Of a DNA stretch of 40,151 bases, positions 23,958-36,048 are shown piece by piece. Source of the stretch: Octopus bimaculoides (taxonomy: Eukaryota); assembly GCF_001194135.2 (NCBI RefSeq), contig NC_068985.1:123255256-123295406 (forward strand), written 5' to 3'. The stretch's first letter is position 1, and every line of letters starts with the position of its first letter. Under the pieces are notes generated by a model. It made no database searches. It was not told where the DNA came from and worked only from the letters and a program-made list of their open reading frames with translations. The position numbers and the translations under genes were made by a program.

Positions 23958-24367
23958 TTACTCTTTACTTTTTACTCTTTTACTTGTTTCAGTCATTTGA
24001 TAGCGGCCATGCTGAAGAACCGCCATTGGTCGAGCAAATCGACCCCAGGACTTATTCTTTGTAAGCCTAGTACTTATTCTATCGGTCTCTTTTGCCGAAC
24101 CGCTATGTTACGGGGACGTAAACACACCAGCATCGATTGTCAAGCGATGTTGGCGGGACAAACACAGACACACAAACACACACACATTTATATACATATA
24201 TACGACGGGATTCTTTTCAGTTTCCATCTACTAAATCCACCCACAAGCCCTTGGTCGGCCCGAGGCTATAGTAGAAGACACTTGCCCAAGGTGTCATGCA
24301 GTGGGACTGAACGCGGAACTATGTGGCTGGCAAGCAAGCTACCTACCATACAGTGACTCCTGCGCCT
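23958..24367 (-). mobile_element. tRNA-derived SINE, family B, full length
   Basis: The reverse complement starts aggcgcaggagtcactgtatggtaggtagcttgc (A-box region), then gttcagtccc (B box), a ccttgggcaagtgtcttctactatagcc central block, an internal (TG/TA) stretch and a 3' (AAAGAGT)-like tail. Confidence 0.9.
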
Positions 24368-25320
24368 ATATATATATATATATNNNNNNNNNNNNNNNNN
24401 NNNNNNNNNNNNNNNNNNNNNNNNNNNNNNNNNNNNNNNNNNNNNNNNNNNNNNNNNNNNNNNNNNNNNNNNNNNNNNNNNNNNNNNNNNNNNNNNNNNN
24501 NNNNNNNNNNNNNNNNNNNNNNNNNNNNNNNNNNNNNNNNNNNNNNNNNNNNNNNNNNNNNNNNNNNNNNNNNNNNNNNNNNNNNNNNNNNNNNNNNNNN
24601 NNNNNNNNNNNNNNNNNNNNNNNNNNNNNNNNNNNNNNNNNNNNNNNNNNNNNNNNNNNNNNNNNNNNNNNNNNNNNNNNNNNNNNNNNNNNNNNNNNNN
24701 NNNNNNNNNNNNNNNNNNNNNNNNNNNNNNNNNNNNNNNNNNNNNNNNNNNNNNNNNNNNNNNNNNNNNNNNNNNNNNNNNNNNNNNNNNNNNNNNNNNN
24801 NNNNNNNNNNNNNNNNNNNNNNNNNNNNNNNNNNNNNNNNNNNNNNNNNNNNNNNNNNNNNNNNNNNNNNNNNNNNNNNNNNNNNNNNNNNNNNNNNNNN
24901 NNNNNNNNNNNNNNNNNNNNNNNNNNNNNNNNNNNNNNNNNNNNNNNNNNNNNNNNNNNNNNNNNNNNNNNNNNNNNNNNNNNNNNNNNNNNNNNNNNNN
25001 NNNNNNNNNNNNNNNNNNNNNNNNNNNNNNNNNNNNNNNNNNNNNNNNNNNNNNNNNNNNNNNNNNNNNNNNNNNNNNNNNNNNNNNNNNNNNNNNNNNN
25101 NNNNNNNNNNNNNNNNNNNNNNNNNNNNNNNNNNNNNNNNNNNNNNNNNNNNNNNNNNNNNNNNNNNNNNNNNNNNNNNNNNNNNNNNNNNNNNNNNNNN
25201 NNNNNNNNNNNNNNNNNNNNNNNNNNNNNNNNNNNNNNNNNNNNNNNNNNNNNNNNNNNNNNNNNNNNNNNNNNNNNNNNNNNNNNNNNNNNNNNNNNNN
25301 NNNNNNNNNNNNNNNNNNNN

Positions 25321-25377
<57 letters not shown>

Positions 25378-25740
25378 CGTGTGTTACCAGCTTGTAGAAT
25401 TTGCAGAATACGTCTTAATGTTGTCTTTGCTCTACCGTTACCTATTTTGATAACGTCTCTCGTGTATTTGCGCTCTGTGTTATTACGTTTTAAGTGTTCA
25501 TTGGATTTATTTTCATAACTGGTTTCCGTTTGACAGAGATTTTTTTCGTTTTCTTTCATATATTTTTAGAAAACTTCAAATATAAGTAAAATTCTTTGAA
25601 CATCGAAAGGTTTCTATTTATTGATTTATGTAGATATCCCTTTCATATGCGCTCTTGCTCATTCTTTGTGTCTGTTTGTCTCTCTCTCTCTCTCTTTCTT
25701 CCATTCCAAAATTCTAAATACATATATGTATGCATATATA

Positions 25741-25781
<41 letters not shown>

Positions 25782-26365
25782 GTATATATGCAGGTATGTG
25801 GTATGTATGTGTTTGCGTGTGTGTGTGCATGACAAATATAAATACAACACGAAACGATTGGTTTCACATTTAAGAGGCAGACGTACTTTTTCTATTTTAC
25901 ACAAGAACAACATTTTGCTGTCTTTTGTGATTTTTATTTGTAAATTTCTCAACAAGAGCTGAGAAAATAACAGTCCCTTCGATTGAAAGTTAGACAACAT
26001 CACCTTACTGATAAGGTGTGCATGTGTACACACACACACATACATACACACATACACACACACACACACGCACGCAAACACACACACACACACACACACA
26101 AACACACACAAACACGCATGGACCTATTCACACACACACACACACACACACAAACACGCATGCACCTATTCACACAAACACACACACACACACACATTTG
26201 AAAACGTTCACCCTGACACATCTTTTCTCTCTCCGTTTTCTTCTCTCTCCTCCCTTTCTGTTGAAGAACGTAGGTTCGAAACATCAAAGTCATTTCCATT
26301 CATCCCGTGCGTCAGAGTAAAACATCTGTTTGTTGTTCCCTCACCTATCTTTGACTTCCGAACCA

Positions 26366-26402
<37 letters not shown>

Positions 26403-27774
26403 GTACATATATATAGTCGCAGTTGTGACTGTGTTGTAAGAAATATCTTGATTAATCGAATTGTTGCCAAGTGCTGAAATAACCGCAGCATTCATAAGAA
26501 AAGGTAAAAGGCCAAAAGAAATGGTATGCCATGAGCTCTTTGTCTCTGCGGTTCTAAAAGTGTTACGTCCTGTTTACCATTCTTACGGCTACTGTAAAGA
26601 TCGTCCAGGTCAAAACCCAGAGAGAAAAGTAATTTAGTTCCTTGGAGTTAAGACTTTCTTTAGGAACATAAAAGGCCGCCATTTTATTGAAGCTATTTGT
26701 TTTATAGCATTTCCCTGACAGTAAAAATTTTTGTAGGCAGGCGCTTCGTTAGTTTAGTTGATAAACACTTACCCCAAATATATCGCTACAGAAAATATCC
26801 AGTTGACATATTTTGAGGGTCTCTTTGATGTGCTCCTAGCATAAAGAAAATATTACTATAAAATATAACTTAATAGGCACAAACCTCAAATAGAGGCAGG
26901 CTTCTCATGCAGAGGTATTACTATATGTCAGCTTGAATTCTATTTCTGTAGATAAACCATTGTGTGTGAGTCAGAGTTGAAGTCAAAGGATCGACGGATG
27001 TTCGAAAATGTGAGCTAAAGAAGATACCATCAGGATCAAATTCAATAACCCCAAATCCTCGTGTAACAGCTAAGAGAGGCGTACTGATACATATCTGTTA
27101 TGGTGGAATATATAGACATTAAAGGAAAACGCTGTACATTATGTCATTAGGTGAATAATATTGAAAAAAATATAGACCTTACTTTACCAGTAGTTGAGAA
27201 AATGATCAAATTAAAGATATCATTCCAGCCGAGCGCTTACCTTCATAATAAGATTGTTTTTTTTTTCTGCTCCAGCTATTATGTACGCAGATGCCCGAGC
27301 ATACCGGTCGAACACATCTTGAATTGAAGCACTACAGCGCATCATTTTTTCGTTCTTACGTAAGAAAGAAAATGTAAGAAATATAAGAAATAAAAATATA
27401 ACTTGTCTCACTGATCTGTGATATGTATACACACATATACATGTATACTACAACACATGATGTGAAAATTAACCCTAACCATCAATCCTATTCTCCCTGC
27501 ATCTTTATCTCATCCCGTCCTCATTCTGACCTTAAGACATTTGATAAGAAAATATATCCCTGCCGCAGTGGCCATGCTGTTACTCAGAATTTATCTCCTG
27601 GGGCTTTTTAACTGGACGATTTCGTTCCGGTTTCTTTACAACAAGCTGTAAGACAAGCAGACAAGATACGACACTTTCAGACTTCCAGTGGCAAAAAGCT
27701 TTGCCAAATTATTCTTTTCAACTTTTTCTCACAATTCACAATTGCCAGGTTTATCTCAACTGCTGGTATGAATT

Positions 27775-27778
27775 AATG

Positions 27779-27855
<77 letters not shown>

Positions 27856-27884
27856 AGCTGTAAAACAAATGAAATCCAAACTAA

Positions 27885-27953
<69 letters not shown>

Positions 27954-28018
27954 CAGCAGCAGTAGCAGTAATGTATTTATCTATATATATTATATCTATC
28001 TATCTATCTATCTATTTA

Positions 28019-28109
<91 letters not shown>

Positions 28110-28123
28110 AGATAGATAGTTAA

Positions 28124-28172
<49 letters not shown>
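27775..28172. repeat. Compound microsatellite: (AAT)n, (ATT)n, (AGT)n, (AGC)n, then (ATCT)n(CT)n(TA)n(GA)n(GATA)n
   Basis: Direct reading. Confidence 0.95.
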
Positions 28173-28635
28173 CTGACAGAGAAATATAGTTATGTAGGTG
28201 GGTAGGTAATGGTTTTTTTTTCTTTATTTCAATGAATAGGATTAATTAGAGAAAAATATTTACATGCTAGATGTCTGGAGGCTGTTCAAGTTCATTACTT
28301 GTTAAAGTTATCGAGTGACACCTCCTAATCAATAAAACAGTCGATTTTCATTCCTTCACGTAACTGATATTCTTGGTCTGAAAATTCTCTCAATTGATAT
28401 TTACAAAAGTATTACATTGGGAAAATGTCTTTACGAATGAAAATAGAATTGATGGCTTCAGCAAGTCACTCTAAATTGTTAAGACACTGGATTTTCGGAA
28501 CGAATGTGTTCGGCACAATAGATTAGAGTATTTTAGGATTCACTGTTATATATCAAACCCCATTGGAGGCGGATATAAAAATTGCTAGTAATTTACTTAT
28601 ATCAGAACAAACGACAACCAGAGGTGTTATTTTTT

Positions 28636-28740
<105 letters not shown>

Positions 28741-29044
28741 TATATATAATTGATATTCGAAGCGTATAGTTAATTCTTTATATTCATCAATGAATAGACA
28801 TGAAAGGAAAACTAAATGATTAAGACGAAACGAATTGATAAAAGCTAATTATAGATAAATTATGAGAATTTTCTAATTATTTCAGGTGTTTGCAAATAAA
28901 ATAAAGCACAAAACATTCCTTTAGGATTTGAAATGAACATGACAGAGAGTAATATTTTAGCTATATTTCTAATATTTCGCGGCAATTTCTTTTTATTAGA
29001 TACCAGAAAGATATTTTTGTGGAGGCGGTACAGTTGGTAATATA

Positions 29045-29412
29045 TCTTTTATCTTTTATCGTTCACTTAGCTCAGTCATTTGACTGTGGTCGTGCTGGGG
29101 CACCGCTTTGAAATTTTAGTCGAATATGCTTTTTTAAATTTACTTTATCGGTCTCTTTTGACGAACCACTAAGATACGGAGACGTAAACACATCAGCACC
29201 GGTGAACAAACACAGACACAAAGACACACACACCTAGATATACATATATACATATCTACGACAGGCTTCTTTCAGTTTCCGTCTACCAAATTCACTTACA
29301 AGTCTTTGGTCAGCCGGATGCTAAAGTTGAAAACACTTCCCCGAAGTGCCACGCAGTGGGACCGAACTGTGAACCATGTGGTTGGGAAGCAAGCTTCTTA
29401 CCACACAGCTAC
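29045..29412 (-). mobile_element. SINE family B, diverged copy
   Basis: Collinear with 23958-24367: cagtcatttgactgtggtcgtgctggggcaccgc, atcggtctcttttgacgaacc, gtgccacgcagtgggaccgaac, gcaagcttcttaccacacagc. Confidence 0.88.
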
Positions 29413-29938
29413 AAATAGGGCTTAACATTTACGACAGTTATTAGAGTACTCATAGATTACATCATAATATAAATCTACGATATTCAGATAAAATGTTAAA
29501 TAGGTATAAGCAGGTGAGGTGAAACTTTGACGATGACACATCTAACAACATATTGCATAAAAGAACATATTTTATAAAAGAACATTCGAACTTATAGAGA
29601 AATCAGAATTATAACGGGCATGCGAGAGATCAAACGACTCTGTTATCTCAAACAGATATCTTCATTGGTTTAAATCGATAACTTGCTGTGAGAAAGTGAA
29701 AGAAACATATACAAGCTGTAGTCAAGATAACTCCTTACAGTCATAAACACCAGGGAGGTATCTTGACGGTAAAGTGAGATAAAGGAAAAACACGCCCGAG
29801 CAGTAGAAAGTCATAGAACTGTCATTGCTGTCCTACGCTTGTGCACAAACGCACAGACACACACACGTACAAACATACATACATATACATATGTATACAT
29901 ATATGTACATATACACACGTGTATATGTACATATGTAC

Positions 29939-30067
29939 TCGTTGGCATGTTCGGACACTTAAAGTTTCATTTCCATAAACATGAGCAATATTTCTTGCCA
30001 CCTCCGTTGCTGAAGTGCCCTTTCTGAACTCATACAGCATGCATTGTCTGATACGGATCTGACTCAT
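29939..30067 (-). mobile_element. Mariner (Mos1-like) transposase N-terminal HTH fragment, broken by a (CA/TA) microsatellite
   Basis: MSQIRIRQCMLYEFRKGTSATEVARNIAHVYGNETLSVRTCQR matches the mariner N-terminus pattern IR..MLYEF..G..A.EA.RNI..VYG...LS.RTCQRWF. Confidence 0.85.
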
Positions 30068-32103
30068 TTGAAAAAGGAAAAATCGATGCAAATGTAAGCA
30101 CTATGATACAAAATAATCTTCAAAGAAAATATAAGTATGTTAAAATTAATACATATTTTATCATAAGTATTGAAAACGTACCCTTAATATATTATTTGAT
30201 GATTATTTTATCAATCCTGAAGAGAGAAAATGCAAAGTGACTCGACCAATAAAAAGTAAATATATTTAACTTAACGTTAAATACTACGCTTAACAACTTG
30301 GAACATATCAATTATAATTTGAATCAAAATTACCAGCAATGTAACTATCACAACGTAAAAACAAATCATTTTAGCTATTCCAGAATACAAAGGTAAACCG
30401 ACTTCACCTTCATTTATTTATTTAGTATTCCTTCCTCTGAAGTGTCAAATGCTTCTTTGACCTTCTCAGTCCTGACTACTGATGCAGTTCCACTCCATGT
30501 ACTGACCAGATTTTATAACAATCGGCAGTTTTCTTTCTTCCTTTTTCTAATTACATTCTTTTTCAAATACGTGAGTTGTTAATGTTTTTCACATTTCACT
30601 TGAATATATAAAGCGTTTTATATTCATGTCAGTTGTACTTTTGTGTCTGAATAACCTTACACTTCGGACTTCCGATCTGGACATGTATATTGTTGCTTTC
30701 AGATTAATTTTCTCTTTGTATTCCTTCTTTTTCTCTCTTCCGTCCCTTCCCATTTCCAATGTGCTATCTGTTTCATTTATTTATTACTTCTATTATGAAA
30801 TCTAACGTAACAACTTTTTTATCTTTAAATCCATAAAATTGCTCTTCCACGATCTAATTGTTTCAATTTAAACACATAGCCACAGATCAAGTCACCTTCT
30901 AAACAAGAACACCTGAGAAAGAATGTATTGGAAGATTTCAGTAAAACGAAGAATCAGTATAAGTGCTCTAAACATCGATGCATGTAGAAAGGAATAATAT
31001 CCAGATTGGTGCGGAAATTTATAACATATTTGAATAGCTTTACAAATGCAAATGCAAGATGTTAAGAAGTAATATTAATTATTGAAGGAAGAAAACCTGT
31101 AATCAAAATAACTCTCACTGACGAGTGTAAACTGAAAGTAATTGAACAATACAATTATTTCTGCAGTTCCAGAACAGAGAAATAGACCACCTGGGGTATA
31201 CCAGTTATGTTCTGTCCCAGATGTGTGAACAATCAGCATTACAAATGAGAACAGCCAATTATATTGTTCAACGAAGATACATAAACAGATGAAACAAAAG
31301 AAGAAAGATCGATCAACATTAAAAAGTAGAAATAAAATTGACAGATATTTTTTTAAAAAAGTAAAAACTCTAAGAGAAACGTTAAAGTTAAATATAAGCA
31401 AGTTATTCTAGAATTATAGAATATTTTGAGCAGCTAATTACTTCAAGATATTTTTAGATCAATTATTTAGGAATAGACATAAACAATGTACTTAAAATAT
31501 TATTGTTTATAGAAAAAGATGAGCATTTTCTATTGAAGACCAAACAGGAATGCTATACAAATCCATAACATTTCTAAAATCTGAAAAAAACAAAAACAAA
31601 AAAAAACAAACAGGAAGTCTTATGGAATTGTGTGAGAGGAAATGACGTAAAACACATGTAGAGTATTAGAGTCAATGTGGCAAATAAAGGAAGAGTAGCT
31701 TTAAGCGATTGAATTAATATTCCAACACGGTAAATATAAAAATACTGAAACATATATATTGCTGTGGTGAGTGTTTTGAAGAATAGAAGAGAAAAGTACA
31801 TTATACTTATCCCATAAATACAAAAAGTAGTACTTTTCGAATCAGAAGAACACATCCATTCTGAACTGATTAAATATTGCATTAAGTTAATAAAGGGCCT
31901 CTCCACAGTCATTCGACCTACAAGAAATAGTACTCAAATATCTCTCAAATAACATTTTACTGTCTTGAAAAGTCAAAGTACACATTGTATAACATATTAC
32001 AAGATATACATGCGCCCGAGCACACACATATAAACGCACACACACCCACGCACGCACGCACACGCACACACAATTATAAATGAAAAGAGAGACGGAATTT
32101 TCT

Positions 32104-32175
32104 TGACTGGAATAACATTGATCATAAAGTCTGCTTCATCAAGCTTGACCTGAGGCTAATTAAAAATAACATCAA
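32104..32175 (+). mobile_element. Family C 3' fragment
   Basis: tgactggaataacattgatcataaagtctgcttcatcaagcttgacctgaggctaa is similar to 5467-5543. Confidence 0.45.
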
Positions 32176-32307
32176 GAGGAATAACAATATTATAATTAAC
32201 AGTCTTTGAACTCGATAGAAATACAATTACGATGGTTTGTTGTAGGGTGAACACATTCAATACAGAAGAAAAACTATCATAATTATTATTATTATTATTA
32301 ACATTAA

Positions 32308-32510
32308 GGCGGCGGGCTGGCAGAATCAATACAACACCAGGCAAACTGCTTTCCGTCCCTCAGTACTTTCTGAGTTTAAATTCCGAAGAGGTCGACTTTA
32401 CCTTTCTTTCTTTCCGGGTCGATAAAATAAGTACTAGTTGAGCGCTAGAGTCGAAGTAATCGACTTATCCTCTACCCCGAAATTTGTGGCCTTGTGCAAA
32501 AGTTTGAAAT
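32308..32510 (+). mobile_element. SINE family A
   Basis: ggcggcgggctggcagaatc...ttctgagtttaaattccgaagaggtcgactttaccttt...gggtcgataaaataagtactag...ggccttgtgcaaaagtttgaaat. Confidence 0.88.
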
Positions 32511-32521
32511 CATCGTCGTCG

Positions 32522-32566
<45 letters not shown>

Positions 32567-32616
32567 CCATCACCATCACCATCACCACCAGCATCATCAT
32601 CATCACTATCACCACC

Positions 32617-32667
<51 letters not shown>

Positions 32668-32727
32668 GTCATCGTCATCGTCATCGTCATCATCATCGTC
32701 GTCATCATCATCATCATCATTATTATT
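32511..32727. repeat. (CAT/CAC/CGT)n tract ending in (ATT)n, between a SINE 3' end and an RLE-element 3' end
   Basis: Direct reading; source of the poly-D/S/M/I ORFs. Confidence 0.95.
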
Positions 32728-33600
32728 GAAACAAAGCTCTGGTTTGGTCTTATTCCTGGTAGGATTTATGTAGGTAACAGGTAACAGGTAACCTGTAACC
32801 TTAGGTATCAACACGATTTCGGCAGTCTTTCAAGTGCTTAGAATCCTCCTGATAATCCTTGCTGTCCCTAAGAGGCAAACCTTCTGTGGGAGCTCTACTG
32901 GGCATTCTATTTCAATCTCCTTCAACCGTTTGTCTATATCTTGGCTTACTGTTCCTAACGCACCAGTTATGTATAGGCACGACATTTACTATTCGCATGC
33001 TCCAAATTTTTCCTATTTAAAATTTTAAGGGATTGTATTTTCTCTGCTTTTCTTCCTCTTTCTTTACGTTCCTGGAATCAAACGGGTATGATGGGTCGAT
33101 AAGTAAGCAACTGCACTTTTCCTTATCTATGATTGTAATATCTGGTCTATTACTTTCTAACTTCGTGTCCGTTTGAAGAGGGAAGTCCTAGAACATTTTG
33201 CATTTCTTTGACTCTAGTCCTCTTTCGACTCAATGATTGTACCATGTGTTTCCAGCTTCACATTCCCATTTCTGGCGCAGTTTCTAGTGTAAACCTTTTA
33301 CAACCTGTTCGTGCCTCCATTTCTTATATTCTTCCTGTGCCAACTTGGAGCACTCTACCACAATGTGTGCCACTGTCTCATTCCAAGTCCCACAGGATCT
33401 ACATGTCTCTGACAAAATCTCTCTCTATATTTTTTTCTCTAGTTGTTTGCATTTATCGCTTGATCTTCAGCTGCTACAATCAGGTTCTCTATTTCTGATT
33501 TTAATTGCCCTTTTATAACCAAGCCAAGAATTTTGTTCCACATACATCTTCAGTGGCTCTCCTAAATTGGTCACGCTGTGGTTTCTCATCGATCTGTTTG
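32728..33600 (-). mobile_element. 5'-truncated R4/Dong-type RLE retrotransposon (post-RT region, CCHC finger, endonuclease, 3' UTR), pseudogenised
   Basis: KGQLKSEIENLIVAAEDQAI, CRSCGTWNETVAHIVVECSKLAQEEYKKWRH (CCHC), QTDTKLESNRPDITIIDKEKCSCLLIDPSYPFD..EEEKQRKY (RPD..D..E..K endonuclease motif), TGALGTVSQDIDKRL...LLGTARIIRRILST* with the stop at 32830-32832. TAA repeats on both sides. Confidence 0.93.
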
Positions 33601-33624
33601 ATTATTATAATTATTATTATTATT

Positions 33625-33907
33625 CGACTTGATTCAAGTTTGGTCTTCTTTGTAGTAGAATTAATGTGAGTATCAGATTACACGCTGTAACTTTAAACAT
33701 CCAGATAATTTCGATAAGCCATCAAGTGGTCAAAATCCTTCTGATGATCCTTCCTGTTCTTAAGAGGCTAATTTTCTATAGAAGCTCTACAGAACATTCC
33801 ATTCCAGTCTGCATTAAATATTTGTCGATACCATCATTCATAGTTCCTAATGCACCAATTATAACAGGTACAACCTTTACAGATTTCATGTTCCAAATCC
33901 TCGCAAC
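33625..33907 (-). mobile_element. Short 5'-truncated copy of the same R4/Dong-type family
   Basis: VARIWNMKSVKVVPVIIGALGTMNDGIDKYLMQTGMECSVELL*KISLLRTGRIIRRILTT*. The 3' UTR shares blocks with the neighbour (aagttacag, cattaattctac..aagaccaaac) and ends in (TAA)n at 33601-33624. Confidence 0.88.
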
Positions 33908-33911
33908 AACA

Positions 33912-33955
<44 letters not shown>

Positions 33956-33956
33956 A

Positions 33957-34037
<81 letters not shown>

Positions 34038-34066
34038 GCCACTGCCGCTACTACTACTTAATAATA
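33904..34066. repeat. (AAC)(ACT)n(GCT)n compound microsatellite ending in TAA repeats
   Basis: Direct reading. Confidence 0.95.
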
Positions 34067-34159
34067 AAAGTTATAGCAAGAACAATGGGTGTCATTGAAA
34101 CACGGTTTAACGAATGAAACTGCTAGACAATGTAAGTCGTCCTTCGGGTGTCGTGTTTG

Positions 34160-34312
34160 GTTGATTAAATCGACACTGCAACATACTACGTATTTGACCC
34201 GAAAAGACGAAATACAAAGTCGGTCCTGACCCCGGCGGGGTTTGTATTCAAAACGTAAAATAGGGCAAAATTAAATACTGCTAAGAATTATGTCCAGCTG
34301 CTGACCAATTTT
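34160..34312 (-). mobile_element. Highly degenerate SINE family A
   Basis: gattaaatcgac...tatttgacccgaaaagacgaaatacaaagtcg...cggcggggtttgtattcaaaacgtaaa...aaatactgctaagaatt is a diverged reverse complement of family A. Confidence 0.5.
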
Positions 34313-34944
34313 ACAATTCGTTTTATGATAATGCTGTCTTTAGCATTCAATTACACGCACACGCACGCACAAACAAGCAAACAATCACTCATACACACAT
34401 ACACATATATATATATACATGTATGTATATATGTATGTATGTATGTATGTATGTGCGTGAGCGTGCGTGTGCGTGCGTGTGCATGTGTGTATGTATGCAT
34501 GTATATAGAATATTTCAAATTACTGCACCGTTTAATGTCAAATGTATGTGAAATTCAACGGTTAATTGCAAAAGTAAATATCTCGAGAACGATTAATTGG
34601 GTATATAAATATTATATTTGCTGTTAATCGTGTACAGCTTTTAAACCGATTTTTCATTTAAATAGTTGATGAAATGTAGAACAAAATTAAACATAGAAAT
34701 TAAATTATATAAATTTGGCGATTCTGAAAGCTATGCTCTTTGAACTGTACACCTCACTACTCAAACAACAGCCATAAAACTCGCAACAAATACCCCGCGC
34801 TCAGAATATATAAACAAGATTACGAAAGCAAACAATTATTTTATATTTTTATACTACGTCGCAAACATTTCTGCATCACTAGACGTGACACTCAAACAAA
34901 CGAAGTGCCTATAACTAAAGCTCACTCAATATGCACAAAACAAA

Positions 34945-35143
34945 GACGGCGAGCAGGCAAAACCGTTAGTATGCCGTACCAAATAATTAGCAGCATTTCG
35001 TCCAAATTTACGTTCGCCGAGGTCGACTTTGCCTTCATCTTCTAGGGATCGATAAAAGAAGTACAAATCGAACACTGGGGTCAATGTAATTGACTTATCC
35101 ACTCCTCAGAAATTGCTGATCTGGTGCCAAAATTTGAAACCAT
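34945..35143 (+). mobile_element. SINE family A, diverged, first of a tandem pair
   Basis: gacggcgagcaggcaaaaccgttagtatgccg...cgccgaggtcgactttgccttcatc...gatcgataaaagaagtac...gtgccaaaatttgaaacc. Confidence 0.8.
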
Positions 35144-35149
35144 TAAAAT

Positions 35150-35364
35150 GCTAGTGAGCTGGCAGAATTGTTAGCATGCCGGGCAAAATGCTTAGCGGCA
35201 TTTCGTTCTTCTTCACGTTGTGAGTTCAAATTCCGCCGAGGTCGATTTTGCCTTTCATTCTTTCGGGGTCGATAAAATAAGTACCCACTGGGATCTGGGG
35301 ACGATGTAATCGACTTACCCCGTCCCCCAGTTTTGCAGGCCTTGTGCCAAAATTTGAAGCCAAT
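35150..35364 (+). mobile_element. SINE family A, second of the tandem pair
   Basis: gtgagctggcagaattgttagcatgccgggcaaaatgcttagcgg...gagttcaaattccgccgaggtcgattttgcctttcattctttcggggtcgataaaataagtacc. Confidence 0.92.
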
Positions 35365-35507
35365 ATGCACGAAACAACCTCACAACCCGTCCACACAGCC
35401 AAATGCTAGTTACTGTCTTCCCAAGCCAAATAGTACATACTCAAACTCGAAACAAACTGGCTCATTTCTGAACTGGCAGACCGCTCATACGAACACCTCA
35501 CATTCTC

Positions 35508-35576
35508 GATCGTGCAATCACATACCCGATCGTATAATCACATACCCGATCGTATAATCACATACCCGATTGTGCA
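35508..35576 (+). repeat. 20-bp minisatellite, about 3.4 copies (gatcgtataatcacataccc)
   Basis: Units start at 35508, 35528 and 35548, with a partial unit at 35568. Confidence 0.9.
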
Positions 35577-35839
35577 CAAGACCACTACACAGGACTACAA
35601 GCAAGGCTATGTGTGTTTCATACGCAGACAAAACCAGATGGACATCCTTTATAGATCGTCTTTCGCTCATTGACATGTAAGGTGTTTTAGCTTCTCCAAA
35701 GGTGGGCACAAGCCCTAGAAGAGAATAGAGACGAGGGCTGCAAGACTATAAGGGTCTGCGCCTTCGATGGGAGGCCTGAAACACATACAGACACTACGCA
35801 CGCACGCATGCATGCATGCACACTTGTGCGATGGTAACG

Positions 35840-36016
35840 TGATGACGACGACGATGACGACAATGTGGTGATGATGAGGATGAGGATGATGGTGGGGATG
35901 TTGGTGATGGTGGTGGTGGTGGTGGTGGTGGAAGTGGTGGTGGTGGTGGTTGTGGTGGTGGTGGTGGAAGTGGTGGTGGTGGTGGTGATGATAGTAGTGA
36001 TTGTTATTTGAGGTGC

Positions 36017-36048
<32 letters not shown>

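Noticed and set aside
31143-31272. 15-bp inverted repeat (14/15) enclosing smaller palindromes; possible pre-miRNA or exon
   Set aside because: The nested stems have different centres, the arms are AT-rich, and the candidate exon frame ends in a stop with no recognisable peptide.
35508-35576. Short direct repeats as a CRISPR-like array
   Set aside because: The units are contiguous with no spacers and the context is eukaryotic; this is an ordinary minisatellite.
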